Shown one piece after another: positions 26,720 to 36,312 of a stretch of 64,000 nt of DNA; the first letter of the stretch is position 1, and every line of letters starts with the position of its first letter. Below the pieces are notes generated by a model. The model saw nothing but the letters and a program-made list of their open reading frames with translations, made no database searches and had not been told where the DNA came from. Position numbers and translations under genes: made by a program. Where the stretch lies: NCBI GenBank assembly GCA_018826075.1, contig JAHKAJ010000025.1, forward strand, positions 37,608 to 101,607, given 5' to 3'. Source of the stretch: Candidatus Omnitrophota bacterium. GTDB taxonomy: Bacteria > Omnitrophota > Gorgyraeia > Duberdicusellales > 4484-171.

Positions 26720-28291
26720 CTACTCTCTAACCATAACCGCAGTCAATAACATGGATTTCACAGTCACCTCCAGATCCGCGCCATTGACTTCGGGTATATA
26801 ATAATGAATTCTTGCGCTATACTTTTTGCCCTGATGAAGCACTCCTAACCCTGTCATTGGATCGAAGGCTTCTATGGCTGCGGCATTGAAGATAGAGAAA
26901 TCTGCGGTAAGGCTCTTTTGATGGATAATGCTTTCAAAAACCGGATCAGCCAGCCCCTCTTGGTAGATTTTTATCATCGTAAAAAAATAGACGTCATTGA
27001 TTGCTGGAAAATTTTTGATATTGCTAATAGTATCCAGCTGCCATTCTATGATCATTGACTGGCCGCTGCGGGCCACAAAGTCAAGCCGGAAACCCGGATG
27101 GGGATTTAAAGGGTCGATAATGGGCGGGTCGATTTCATGAAAACACTGGGCACAACCACCAATACTCTTATCATAAACACAATCCTGGATAGTTTGTTCT
27201 ATCTGCAAACAATCATCGGCAATAATTGTATTGCAAGTTTTGGCAGTGACAGCATCGGCTAAAACCACCGGATCATTCCAATGGGTAAAAAGCTTAATAC
27301 AAGCGCCTCCTTCATCTCCCGGTATCAAAGGATTAGGCTGGGCATAGTCGCAGTCTGCGATCGTTCCAGTTGGTCCAGTTCCACAAGATTCGTGCTTGCA
27401 ACAATATTCGTGTTTACTACAAATTTCAGCAGTATCGGTGTAGGTGCGGCAAGCGTTAATATAGCTACCGTAAACAGGATCAATATCATACTTATAGCAA
27501 GGTGTTGTATTGCTTACCCCTAAAGCAGAATCCTCAGGACAAGGCGTGAGAGCCGGGCCTAAATCATAATAAATATCCTGGGAAGCAGTACTGGGAGTAT
27601 AGTTAGTTAAAACCGGCGTCCCCATAGAGTCAGGGATATCGATCTCAGGCCTGCATCCTCTAACAGTGATATTATCAACCGGCATAAGGTCATTCTCAAG
27701 ACAATACCAGCCGCTGCCGCCTAAAGAATCCGGCACACAATCAGGACTTTGAGGAGTTAAATCCGGGGTAGCATCCGGACAACCTTTTCTTTGACAAGAT
27801 GGTATATTATTAATTTGCCCGGGGTTACAGTTTGTCGATAATGGATCATGAACGCAGACGTCGTCAGGATCTGTAAGACTTGGGCTACAACAATCAACCT
27901 CATTGCAAGTACCACTACTAAAAGCATATTGACCACAATTAAACCCCGCACACTGTGCCTGCGGTGAACCGCTGGTCATATCTACACAACAAGCAGGACA
28001 TTTTGTGTTATATCCGAGACAGTTCTCGCAATCGATTAAACTATTGAATAAGAGGGCATTGGCGATAGGACATACAACTTCGTCCAATACTTTAGGATAA
28101 CCAGCCAGGGGATCGTCCGGATCATTAGTGGTAATACTGGCTATCTTCTCATTAGCCGGAAAGTATTTAAGGTAGGGATTTGGCTCCTCGGCAAAAGCTA
28201 GAAAACCCACCAAAAGAATACAGATTATCAATACTGCTTCCGGCAGTTCTGACTTTCGGTTTTTATTTCTTAGAAAAGACTTTTTTACCAT
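26720..28291 (-). CDS. Cysteine-rich secreted protein, candidate pilus adhesin
   Basis: Signal peptide (AFA|EE); 32 Cys counted in the mature N-terminal two-thirds; start set at ATG 28291, overlapping the upstream stop. Confidence 0.65.
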   Translation of the reverse strand: MVKKSFLRNKNRKSELPEAVLIICILLVGFLAFAEEPNPYLKYFPANEKIASITTNDPDDPLAGYPKVLDEVVCPIANALLFNSLIDCENCLGYNTKCPACCVDMTSGSPQAQCAGFNCGQYAFSSGTCNEVDCCSPSLTDPDDVCVHDPLSTNCNPGQINNIPSCQRKGCPDATPDLTPQSPDCVPDSLGGSGWYCLENDLMPVDNITVRGCRPEIDIPDSMGTPVLTNYTPSTASQDIYYDLGPALTPCPEDSALGVSNTTPCYKYDIDPVYGSYINACRTYTDTAEICSKHEYCCKHESCGTGPTGTIADCDYAQPNPLIPGDEGGACIKLFTHWNDPVVLADAVTAKTCNTIIADDCLQIEQTIQDCVYDKSIGGCAQCFHEIDPPIIDPLNPHPGFRLDFVARSGQSMIIEWQLDTISNIKNFPAINDVYFFTMIKIYQEGLADPVFESIIHQKSLTADFSIFNAAAIEAFDPMTGLGVLHQGKKYSARIHYYIPEVNGADLEVTVKSMLLTAVMVRE

Positions 28292-28707
28292 ACTTCGCAC
28301 TCCTTGTTCACCTGGCTTCCTTTCTCGATAACACTCATATTCATTCCGCCGCAAATCCCCTCGCCTCTACGGGTTGCCGTGGCATTAAAACTGCTGCTGG
28401 TATTGGTAATCGAGTAATTAAAATATGAATCGCTGATGTACACTCCTAAGTTACTTTGATTCTCAAGTTCGTCGGCTGTGCAGACAGCTGCTGCACAAGC
28501 ATAGTAATGATTATGGTCGAGTTTATAACGCTTCTGGGAATTATAAATACTGATAAGGGTGTATTCAGCATTTTTGGCTTTGCTTTTTTCGATCGAACTC
28601 TGATAAGAAGGAATAGCCAGAGAAAAAAAGATCCCGATAATGATCAAAGCTACTAAAAGCTCGACCAAAGTAAAAGCTGCCGGTTTATTTTTATTATGCC
28701 CCCCCAT
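28285..28707 (-). CDS. Type IV pilin (PilE-like)
   Basis: AA|FTLVELLVA motif and two Cys pairs. Confidence 0.87.
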   Translation of the reverse strand: MGGHNKNKPAAFTLVELLVALIIIGIFFSLAIPSYQSSIEKSKAKNAEYTLISIYNSQKRYKLDHNHYYACAAAVCTADELENQSNLGVYISDSYFNYSITNTSSSFNATATRRGEGICGGMNMSVIEKGSQVNKECEVW

Positions 28708-28809
28708 AACTGACCCCAATCTACTTAATTTATACCATATTTATACCTAATATTCAATATCCGCCGGAAAGGAAAAAATTTTTTGAAAGCGTTTTCATTG
28801 AAAGATAAT

Positions 28810-29577
28810 CTAAAAAACGCAAGCCTGTTCTTTGTCTTTTAAAATTACCTTGGTAGTTTGAGTTTCTTGAGGCGAAAGCAGCCCACGGTAAAGCCCGAGA
28901 TTAAAAGTTTTTTTAAAACTCTCGGCCAGCAAGGAACTTAGAAAAGCAAATCTGGTAGGATGGCCAAGCAAATCATCAAGACAGCCGGCTTTTTGACTGG
29001 CACCAAAGACATGTTTTATAGATCGGTTAATCTGTGAAAAATCTAACTGTTGGGGTATGGTTCCCTGCTGGAAAATCAGGTTGCGCTTACGCCTCTGGGC
29101 ATTACCGCCGATTTTTTTTCCGGCGATCACCAGGTCAAATTCCTCCCAGTTGGAAAAACAGAAAGCAGCCGGGCGCCTAAGATCAGCCTGTTGGCTGTCT
29201 TTGGCAAAACTGGCAAAAAGGCCGAGTGAGCGGTAAAAATCAAACAGAAACCCGCAAAGCATCCGGTAGGATTCTTTGACTCCAGCCGGCAGGCCTAAAT
29301 CCTCCAAAGCGCAAACAATACTGTAAGTGACTTCCTTGTGGTGTAAAATACAGCCTCCACCGGTAATCCTGCGGACAAAGGGAAAGGCATTATCCGGCCT
29401 CAAGACTTCCTCTGGCTCCTGACTGTAGCCAAGGCTGATATACGGCTCCTGCCAGCCATAAATCCTTAAAGTAGGTATCCTCTGGTTGGAATAATTAGCC
29501 AGGATCGCCTCATCAACAGCCATATTCCAAGCCCCGTCAGATCTTTTATCCAGAATTAAGCGCCATTTTTTAATCAT
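28810..29577 (-). CDS. lipM: Lipoate-protein ligase/octanoyltransferase (LipM/LplA family)
   Basis: NMAVDEA, RRITGGG..H, KKIGGNAQRR; next to gcv genes; GAGGTG RBS before ATG 29577. Confidence 0.8.
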   Translation of the reverse strand: MIKKWRLILDKRSDGAWNMAVDEAILANYSNQRIPTLRIYGWQEPYISLGYSQEPEEVLRPDNAFPFVRRITGGGCILHHKEVTYSIVCALEDLGLPAGVKESYRMLCGFLFDFYRSLGLFASFAKDSQQADLRRPAAFCFSNWEEFDLVIAGKKIGGNAQRRKRNLIFQQGTIPQQLDFSQINRSIKHVFGASQKAGCLDDLLGHPTRFAFLSSLLAESFKKTFNLGLYRGLLSPQETQTTKVILKDKEQACVF

Positions 29578-29629
29578 TGAGCACCTCAATTTATCTATTC
29601 AGCGAAATCCCGGCTACTGCCGGGATATT

Positions 29630-31072
29630 CTAACCCCTCCATCTTAAATCGGGAAACCGGGCAGCCCTGACCTCATCTACCCGTTTAACCGGAGCAGACT
29701 GGGGTGAGTTTTTAACCCTTTCTAAATCCAGCTCGATTTCCCGGTTGATCTCTAACATCACTTCAATAAACTTATCTAAAGTTTCTTTACTTTCAGTTTC
29801 AGTAGGCTCGATCATTAGGGCTTCTTTAACGATCAAAGGAAAATATATGGTCGGCGGATGGATTCGGTAATCAATAAGCCGCTTAGCAATATCTAAAGCT
29901 GAAGCCCCTTTTTCTTTTTGGCTCTCGGCCGAGAATACCACTTCATGCATGCAGGCCTTAGGGTAAGGCAAACAATAATAATTTCTTAACTTTTCCTTGA
30001 GGTAATTTGCGTTGACTACCGAATTCTTGGCAACCCGTAAAAGGCCTTCTTGGCCTAAACGCAAGATGTAAGCATAGGCTCTGATCAAAACTGAAAAATT
30101 TCCGTAGAAAGCTCTCAAGCGGCCGATCGAATTCTTTAAGCAATAATCAAAATAATAATTATCCTCTCTTTTAACCACCAAGGGAACCGGTAAAAAATCT
30201 ATTAATTTATCACCAACGCCCACAGCACCCAGGCCCGGGCCGCCAGAACCATGGGGAGTGGAAAAAGTCTTATGTAGATTAAGGTGGACCAAATCAAAAC
30301 CCATTTTAGCCGGATTGGTTATTCCTAACAGCGGGTTAAAATTTGCGCCGTCATAATAAAGAAAACCGCCTTTCTGATGCACAATATCGGCTATCTCCAA
30401 AATATTTTCTTCAAACAGGCCTAAAGTGTTAGGGTTAGTAAGCATTATTGCTGCTGTCTCCTCATCTACCGCTAACCTTAGTTTCTCCATATCCACCAGG
30501 CCGGATGCATCACTTTCTACCACCACTACTTTATAGCCGCACATAGCTGCTGTGGCCGGATTGGTTCCGTGAGCTGAATCAGGGATGATCACTTTGGTCT
30601 TGCGGTTTCCGGCTGACTGGTGAAATTTATGAATCATCAAAAGCCCGGTAAGCTCTCCCTGGGCCCCGCTGGAAGCCTGAAAACTAAATTGCTTCATCCC
30701 GGTTATTTCACATAAAAGCACGTTTAACTGATAGATAAGTTCCAGGGCTCCCTGGACAGCCTGAGGCTCTTGGTAAGGATGGATCTCTGAAAAACCCTCT
30801 AAGGCGGCTAAAGCCTCGTTAATTTTAGGGTTGTATTTCATAGTGCAGGAACCCAAAGGATAAAAATTAGTATCTACTGAAAAATTAAGTTTTGCTAAAT
30901 TAAGATAATGCCTGACCACTGAAAGTTCTCCCAGCTGGGGCAAACTCAAACCTTTACGCAAAAGCTTAGGCCCGAGAATATCTTCGGGGTCAACTAAAGG
31001 CACCTGGGTCTTACCGATGTAACCGGGATCATTGGAGCCGCTTTTTTTCTGAAAAATAACTTTCCTATCCAT
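29630..31072 (-). CDS. gcvPB: Glycine dehydrogenase subunit 2
   Basis: YPLGSCTMKYNP, SAHGTNPA and HLNLHKTFSTPHG. Confidence 0.97.
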   Translation of the reverse strand: MDRKVIFQKKSGSNDPGYIGKTQVPLVDPEDILGPKLLRKGLSLPQLGELSVVRHYLNLAKLNFSVDTNFYPLGSCTMKYNPKINEALAALEGFSEIHPYQEPQAVQGALELIYQLNVLLCEITGMKQFSFQASSGAQGELTGLLMIHKFHQSAGNRKTKVIIPDSAHGTNPATAAMCGYKVVVVESDASGLVDMEKLRLAVDEETAAIMLTNPNTLGLFEENILEIADIVHQKGGFLYYDGANFNPLLGITNPAKMGFDLVHLNLHKTFSTPHGSGGPGLGAVGVGDKLIDFLPVPLVVKREDNYYFDYCLKNSIGRLRAFYGNFSVLIRAYAYILRLGQEGLLRVAKNSVVNANYLKEKLRNYYCLPYPKACMHEVVFSAESQKEKGASALDIAKRLIDYRIHPPTIYFPLIVKEALMIEPTETESKETLDKFIEVMLEINREIELDLERVKNSPQSAPVKRVDEVRAARFPDLRWRG

Positions 31073-32411
31073 GGAGTATCTCGGCTAAATAATAGATAAA
31101 CTGATCAATATCATCTTTAGTCTTTTTCTCAGTACAAGAACTTAGGATTCCATTTTTATGCTTGGGGAACAGGTCACCGACCAAGTAACCGGGGATTATT
31201 TTCTTCCGGTAAAGTTTATCGACTATGGCTTTAGCATCCTCGACTTCCCAGATAAATTCGTTGAATACTTGCGGCGGGTAAGGAAGTTTTACACCTCTGA
31301 CTTCTTTGAGACGCCGGTAAAGATACTGGGTATTACTAAAAGAATACCTAGCGGCATTACTAAAACCTTCCCGGCCGAGCAGCGAAAGATAAACTGCCGC
31401 GGCTATAGCATTTAAAGAATGGTTTGAGCAAATGTTACTGGTAGCTTTTTCCCTACGGATATGCTGTTCACGAGCCTGCAAAGTAAGGCAAAAAGCAATT
31501 TTACCCTCCAGGTCTTGGGTCTTACCGACTATTCTTCCGGGGATCTGACGCAGGTATTCGTCTTTAGCCGCTAAAAATCCAAAAGCCGGGCCGCCAAAGT
31601 TAAGGCTGCCGCCCAGAGGTTGCCCGTCACCGCAAACAATATCTACACCTAAAGCTTTTGGTTCTTTAAGGATGGCCAGAGAAAAAGGATTAGTGACCAT
31701 TACGGTTTTTACCCCTCTTTCTTTAGCTAAAGCTGATAGATCAGCAACATCTTCTACTAAACCAAAAAAATTGGGGCTCTGAATAACTAAGCACCCGGTA
31801 TCAACATCGATTTGGCGTTCTAACGATTGCTTATCGATCAGCCCGTTATCGTTAAAATCCAATTCTTTGATCTGGAAATCCAAAGCACTTAAGTAGGTGC
31901 GCAGGGTTTGGAAATATTCCCGGTTTAAGTTTGCCGGAACAATGACTTTATTGGCTTTAGTCACCCTTAAAACCATCAGCACTGCCTCGGCTAAGCTTGA
32001 AGCACCGTCAAGCAAAGAGGCATTGGAAACATCCATTCCGGTCAAAAGACAGATATAGCTCTGATATTCATAGATCGCCTGAAGCAGGCCTTGCGAACAT
32101 TCGGCCTGATAAGGCGTATAGGCAGTCAAAAACTCTGACTGGGAAATTATAAAATCTAAAGCTGCCGGCCGGTAATGATCGTAGCAACCGGCACCTAAAA
32201 AGGAGTTGAAGTTATTTAAAGAGATATTTTTTTTAGCCAGGCCTTCCACTGCCTTTTTAGTATCCAGCTCGCTTAAACCAGAAGGAATATTCAAGGGGCC
32301 TTTAAGTTTTACCTGGGCCGGAACCTGCCGATAAAGCTCATCTAGAGAGCCTACCCCGATAACTTTCAGCATCTCTTCAATTTGTTCCTGGGTATTTAAG
32401 ATGTAAGGCAT
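31065..32411 (-). CDS. gcvPA: Glycine dehydrogenase subunit 1
   Basis: FLGAG.Y, AYTPYQAE.SQG and REQHIRREKATSNIC. Confidence 0.97.
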   Translation of the reverse strand: MPYILNTQEQIEEMLKVIGVGSLDELYRQVPAQVKLKGPLNIPSGLSELDTKKAVEGLAKKNISLNNFNSFLGAGCYDHYRPAALDFIISQSEFLTAYTPYQAECSQGLLQAIYEYQSYICLLTGMDVSNASLLDGASSLAEAVLMVLRVTKANKVIVPANLNREYFQTLRTYLSALDFQIKELDFNDNGLIDKQSLERQIDVDTGCLVIQSPNFFGLVEDVADLSALAKERGVKTVMVTNPFSLAILKEPKALGVDIVCGDGQPLGGSLNFGGPAFGFLAAKDEYLRQIPGRIVGKTQDLEGKIAFCLTLQAREQHIRREKATSNICSNHSLNAIAAAVYLSLLGREGFSNAARYSFSNTQYLYRRLKEVRGVKLPYPPQVFNEFIWEVEDAKAIVDKLYRKKIIPGYLVGDLFPKHKNGILSSCTEKKTKDDIDQFIYYLAEILHG

Positions 32412-32428
32412 AAATTACAAATGTCGTT

Positions 32429-32457
32429 GTAGGGGCGGGTTTGAAACCCGCCCCTAC
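32429..32457. repeat. GTAG-type REP palindrome
   Basis: gtaggggcgggttt-g-aaacccgcccctac. Confidence 0.88.
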
Positions 32458-32466
32458 GTTAACGGG

Positions 32467-32841
32467 TTATTCCTGTTCAACAAATTCTTTATACGTCATC
32501 TCGTCCATTAAATTATCTAATTCAGCGGGATTAGTAACTTTGACTTTTATCATCCAGCCTAAATTTTCCGGCGACTGGTTGACCAACTGGGGGTTGGAGA
32601 CTACACTGCCATTGGTCTCGACTACTACTCCGCTGAGCGGCGAATAAAGCTCACTGGCAGCCTTAGTTGACTCAATAGTACCGAATTGGGCCGACTGCTT
32701 AATGGCGTCACCGACTTTAGGCAACTCCACAAAAACAACATCGCCTAAATGGCTCTGGGCATAATCACTGATGCCAATAGTCGCTGTTTCAGCCTGGACT
32801 GCTACCCACTCATGAGACTTGGCAAATTTTAAACCGGTCAT
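32467..32841 (-). CDS. gcvH: Glycine cleavage system H protein
   Basis: HEW, GISDYAQ..LGDVVFVELP and ESTKAAS (lipoyl-Lys). Confidence 0.97.
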   Translation of the reverse strand: MTGLKFAKSHEWVAVQAETATIGISDYAQSHLGDVVFVELPKVGDAIKQSAQFGTIESTKAASELYSPLSGVVVETNGSVVSNPQLVNQSPENLGWMIKVKVTNPAELDNLMDEMTYKEFVEQE

Positions 32842-32842
32842 T

Positions 32843-33946
32843 TCATACCCCCTTACTGGCTAACTTTTTTGTTTTTGGTATTATAAACGGAAATTTAGAA
32901 ACCACTGCCCGATAAAATTTCTCGCGTATTTTTATCATAATCTCAGTACCAACCTGAGATTGTTTTCGGTCTAGATAAGCCATACCGATAAATTGATCCA
33001 GATTGGGAGAAAATGTCCCGCTGGTCACCTCCCCCACCGGTTTATCTTCAAAGTAAACCGGATATCCCTGACGGGGAACGCTGCGTTGTTTCATTATAAA
33101 GCCTACCCGTTTTTTGTCTAACCCTTGCTCCTGGCCGACGATTATTTTTTCCTTGCCGATAAAATCTTTACTATCCTTTACTGCCCAGGATAAAGCTGCC
33201 CGATGAGGATTGATATCTTCACCAAGCTCGTGGCCGTACAAAGGATAACCGGCTTCGATCCTTAAAATATCGCGGGACCCTAATCCACAAGGAGTAATCC
33301 CGAATTTTTCACCCTTTAGGAAAAACTCATCCCACCAGAAACCAGCCTCATCCCAGGGAAGATAAAGTTCGAAACCGTCTTCGCCGGTATAGCCGCTGCG
33401 CGAGATAAGATAGGCCCGGCCTTGAGATTGGCCTTGGAGAAAATGCATATAGTCTAGGTTTGCAGCTCCTGAACCCAAACAATCAAAGATTATCTGCGAA
33501 GCCTTTGGGCCCTGAAGAGAGATCAAAGCCAATTCACTACTTTTGTCGATGATTTTAACTCCTTCCTGATTGTTTTTGTTAAACCAGGAGAAAACTTTAT
33601 CTTTGTTTAAAGCATTGACTACGCATAAAAACTTATCAGCAAAACAGTAAACCATACAATCATCGACTACTCCACCCTGAGAATTGGTGATCAAATTATA
33701 CTGCATTTGTCCGGGGCTGATCAGAGAAAGGTCATTGCTTAAAAGCCGCTGGAGAAAATTTAAAGCTTTGACTCCCAATACTTCTATCTCACCCATATGT
33801 GAGGCATCAAAGATTCCGCAAGCATTACGGGTTGCTTTGGCTTCCAGTAAAATACTTTTATACTCTAAAGGCAAAGCCCAGCCTGAAAAATCAACTATCC
33901 GGCCGTTTAAATTTATGTGTTGTTGGTAAAGAGGTGTTTTCTTCAT
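32843..33946 (-). CDS. gcvT: Glycine cleavage aminomethyltransferase
   Basis: KTPLY, FDASHMG, SRSGYTGEDGFE and LRIEAG. Confidence 0.97.
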   Translation of the reverse strand: MKKTPLYQQHINLNGRIVDFSGWALPLEYKSILLEAKATRNACGIFDASHMGEIEVLGVKALNFLQRLLSNDLSLISPGQMQYNLITNSQGGVVDDCMVYCFADKFLCVVNALNKDKVFSWFNKNNQEGVKIIDKSSELALISLQGPKASQIIFDCLGSGAANLDYMHFLQGQSQGRAYLISRSGYTGEDGFELYLPWDEAGFWWDEFFLKGEKFGITPCGLGSRDILRIEAGYPLYGHELGEDINPHRAALSWAVKDSKDFIGKEKIIVGQEQGLDKKRVGFIMKQRSVPRQGYPVYFEDKPVGEVTSGTFSPNLDQFIGMAYLDRKQSQVGTEIMIKIREKFYRAVVSKFPFIIPKTKKLASKGV

Positions 33947-33956
33947 TTATGTCGTT

Positions 33957-33985
33957 GTAGGGGCGACCCGGCGGGTCGCCCCTAC
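33957..33985. repeat. GTAG-type REP palindrome
   Basis: gtaggggcgacccg-g-cgggtcgcccctac. Confidence 0.88.
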
Positions 33986-34023
33986 GGCGATAGGTTTATC
34001 TATTAAAATATTTACGTATTGTA

Positions 34024-34686
34024 TCATATTTTCAGGATAAAAGAAAGAGTCCTTGAGCTGGTTTGGTTGCGACGGAAGGAAAAAAAATCATCGGGTAAAC
34101 AAAAGCTGCAAAGCCCTGAATCAAGGAAGTTCTCCGGCTTTAAACCTTTACCGAAAAGCTGATATTTAGCAAAACTAATCGGGTCAAAATAAGATCCTTT
34201 TGGCTCACTTTTTATAAAATCCTTAAATGGAGGGTGAGTTAAAAACTCATCCCCCACCTGATAACAGCAACTTCTTAAACCCGGGCCGGCAACTACTTTA
34301 AAAGACTCTAGACAATAGTCGATATTATCCAGGATCCCCGCTTTGGCCGAACGCCAGCCCATATGGACAACACCGATTACTCCTAATTTTTCACTGGCAA
34401 AAATAAGCGGCAGGCAGTCAGCAGTCCGAACGATTAAAACCAAGCCTTTCTCTTTGGTAAACAAAGCATCCCCTTCATGGATACCTTCCTTAGCTAGAAG
34501 TATCACTTTTGAAGAATGGACCTGGTTTAGATAGCTTGATTTAAACTTTTGATCAAGAAAAGATAAAGCGGTGTATATATCCTGAGGTAGATCTCCCGGT
34601 AAGTTATTTTTGCTAAATCCGGCAGTTACGAATGAAGGAAAACATTCTTTGAATAAACTACAATATTTATGACTGGTTAGTTTCAC
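34024..34686 (-). CDS. pgeF: PgeF/YfiH laccase-domain protein
   Basis: QVHS, TADCLP, HMGWR and FFSFRR. Confidence 0.9.
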   Translation of the reverse strand: MKLTSHKYCSLFKECFPSFVTAGFSKNNLPGDLPQDIYTALSFLDQKFKSSYLNQVHSSKVILLAKEGIHEGDALFTKEKGLVLIVRTADCLPLIFASEKLGVIGVVHMGWRSAKAGILDNIDYCLESFKVVAGPGLRSCCYQVGDEFLTHPPFKDFIKSEPKGSYFDPISFAKYQLFGKGLKPENFLDSGLCSFCLPDDFFSFRRNQTSSRTLSFILKI

Positions 34687-34897
34687 CGATTTGGACTAGT
34701 TTTTCTCGTTGCTTCTGACCCTTGATGATCGTAATCTGATATTTTTTAACCTGGTAATGTTGGGCTAAAAGCTCAATCAGTTTTTGGTTAGCCCGGCCAT
34801 GGATGGCCGGCTCATTGAGGTATACTTTGAGAATGTCTTTCTCTTGAATGATCCGGGTTTTTCTGGCCCGGGGGATCACTTTCACCTTTATGGTCAT
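34667..34897 (-). CDS. DUF167/YggU family protein
   Basis: VKVIPRA...KVY...PA..GRAN..L...G...R.K. Confidence 0.88.
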   Translation of the reverse strand: MTIKVKVIPRARKTRIIQEKDILKVYLNEPAIHGRANQKLIELLAQHYQVKKYQITIIKGQKQREKLVQIGETNQS

Positions 34898-35777
34898 CAG
34901 AATCTCCGCCGATCGAATTAAGCTTTGAAGAAATATTATCGGCTCTCTTGGCTACATCATCATATTTGGAAGCGGCACTGCGCAGATGGGTCCCTAAAAC
35001 GCCGTATTCACGTATAAAAGTATTAACATCTTTTTCCAAACGCTGTAAATCAGCATAGATCTTTTTGGCCCTTTTTTCTATTTTCATCGCCTGAAACCCG
35101 ATAAAAATAGTCTTTAAGTAAGCGTAAAGAGTGCTTGGACCGACTATGAAGACTTTTTTCTGGTGGGCAAATTCTAAAAGTGAAGTCTCGGTAATAATAA
35201 AGTAATAGACTGCTTCCGAAGGCACATACATCAGGCAAAAATCACTGGTTGCCTCATCAGGGTAGATATAGGCTGAGGCTTCCTGGATGCGCTTTTTTAT
35301 ACTTTCAATACAGGCTTTACGCTTAGAAACCTTTTCCTCTTCGGAAGCATTGAAATAACTTTGAAAAACTTCCAGGGAAAACTTAGCGTCAATCGGAACC
35401 AGGCCTTGAGGAAGTTTGATCACAAAATCAACTTTCTTGCCGTCTTTAAATCCATATTGAGCGATTACCGTCTCCTCGGGAAGGACATCCCTGAGCAAGT
35501 TTTCTAAAATACTCTCACCCAGTTCTCCCCGGGCTTTGGTCGGCTTTAAAATATCATGAAAAGATTTAGTAAGTTGAAGGATCTGGCGGCTCTCCCGGTC
35601 CAGGCCGCCGATTTTTTCATAAAGCTTGGTCAGCTCTTCAGAAACAACCCGCGAAGAATCTAAAGCCTTGCCTTGGGCCTGAATAATATTTTTGCTGAAC
35701 TGTTCTCTTAAGGAAAGAAGAATAACCAGTACTACTACTGCTACTGCTAAAATAGTGAAAGCTAAATAGGTTAACAT
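34812..35777 (-). CDS. rmuC: DNA recombination protein RmuC
   Basis: RGELGE..LE, IDAKF, MYVPSE and GPSTL. Confidence 0.9.
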   Translation of the reverse strand: MLTYLAFTILAVAVVVLVILLSLREQFSKNIIQAQGKALDSSRVVSEELTKLYEKIGGLDRESRQILQLTKSFHDILKPTKARGELGESILENLLRDVLPEETVIAQYGFKDGKKVDFVIKLPQGLVPIDAKFSLEVFQSYFNASEEEKVSKRKACIESIKKRIQEASAYIYPDEATSDFCLMYVPSEAVYYFIITETSLLEFAHQKKVFIVGPSTLYAYLKTIFIGFQAMKIEKRAKKIYADLQRLEKDVNTFIREYGVLGTHLRSAASKYDDVAKRADNISSKLNSIGGDSDDHKGESDPPGQKNPDHSRERHSQSIPQ

Positions 35778-36310
35778 ATTTTTTTATAAATTTCTTTTAC
35801 TTCCGGAAGGCGGCCTTCTCCGTAGGCACCGCAGGCTAGCTCGCCTTTTTCCGGAGAAAGAACATTGTATTTATTTAAAGCCTTAAGCTTTTTAACATTT
35901 TCCTGGATAATCGGGTTCTTCCACATATTTTCATTCATTGCCGGGCAAAGCAAAACTTTAGTTTTAGTATCAAATGCACAGATGACCGTGGTCAGAAGAT
36001 TATCACAAATTCCTCCGGCAATCTTAGAAAGGGTATTGGCTGAAAGCGGAGCCACTACACAAAAATCAGCCCACTGGGCCAGGCTGATATGTTTTACTCT
36101 TTCCTCTTTTAGCGGGGTAAACATATCAAGATAAACCGGATTACCGGAAAGTTCCTGAAAGGTAAGCGGGGTAACGAATTTAGTCGCTGATTCAGTCATC
36201 ATCACTTTAACTGAAAATCCGCCTTTAATCAGCAACCGCACTAATTCGCAGGTTTTATAAGCAGCAATCCCCCCGCAGATACCGACTAAAATGTTCTTTT
36301 TGCTTTTCAT
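35771..36310 (-). CDS. coaC: Phosphopantothenoylcysteine decarboxylase (stand-alone)
   Basis: GGIAAYK, HISLA, PAMNENMW and LACG..G.GRL. Confidence 0.9.
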   Translation of the reverse strand: MKSKKNILVGICGGIAAYKTCELVRLLIKGGFSVKVMMTESATKFVTPLTFQELSGNPVYLDMFTPLKEERVKHISLAQWADFCVVAPLSANTLSKIAGGICDNLLTTVICAFDTKTKVLLCPAMNENMWKNPIIQENVKKLKALNKYNVLSPEKGELACGAYGEGRLPEVKEIYKKIC

Positions 36311-36312
36311 GG

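Noticed and set aside
27136-27160. c-type heme motif in the Cys-rich protein
   Set aside because: The sequence is CAQCFH, not CxxCH.
32441-32647. Plus-strand ORF MKPAPT...
   Set aside because: Starts within a REP and is antisense to gcvH; shadow ORF.
33947-34023. Glycine riboswitch before gcvT
   Set aside because: The intergenic space is only 77 bp, partly occupied by a REP, with no aptamer motifs.
34812-34897. 86-bp overlap between rmuC and DUF167 as a frameshift signal
   Set aside because: Both proteins look complete; a simple stop-codon loss extending RmuC explains it.
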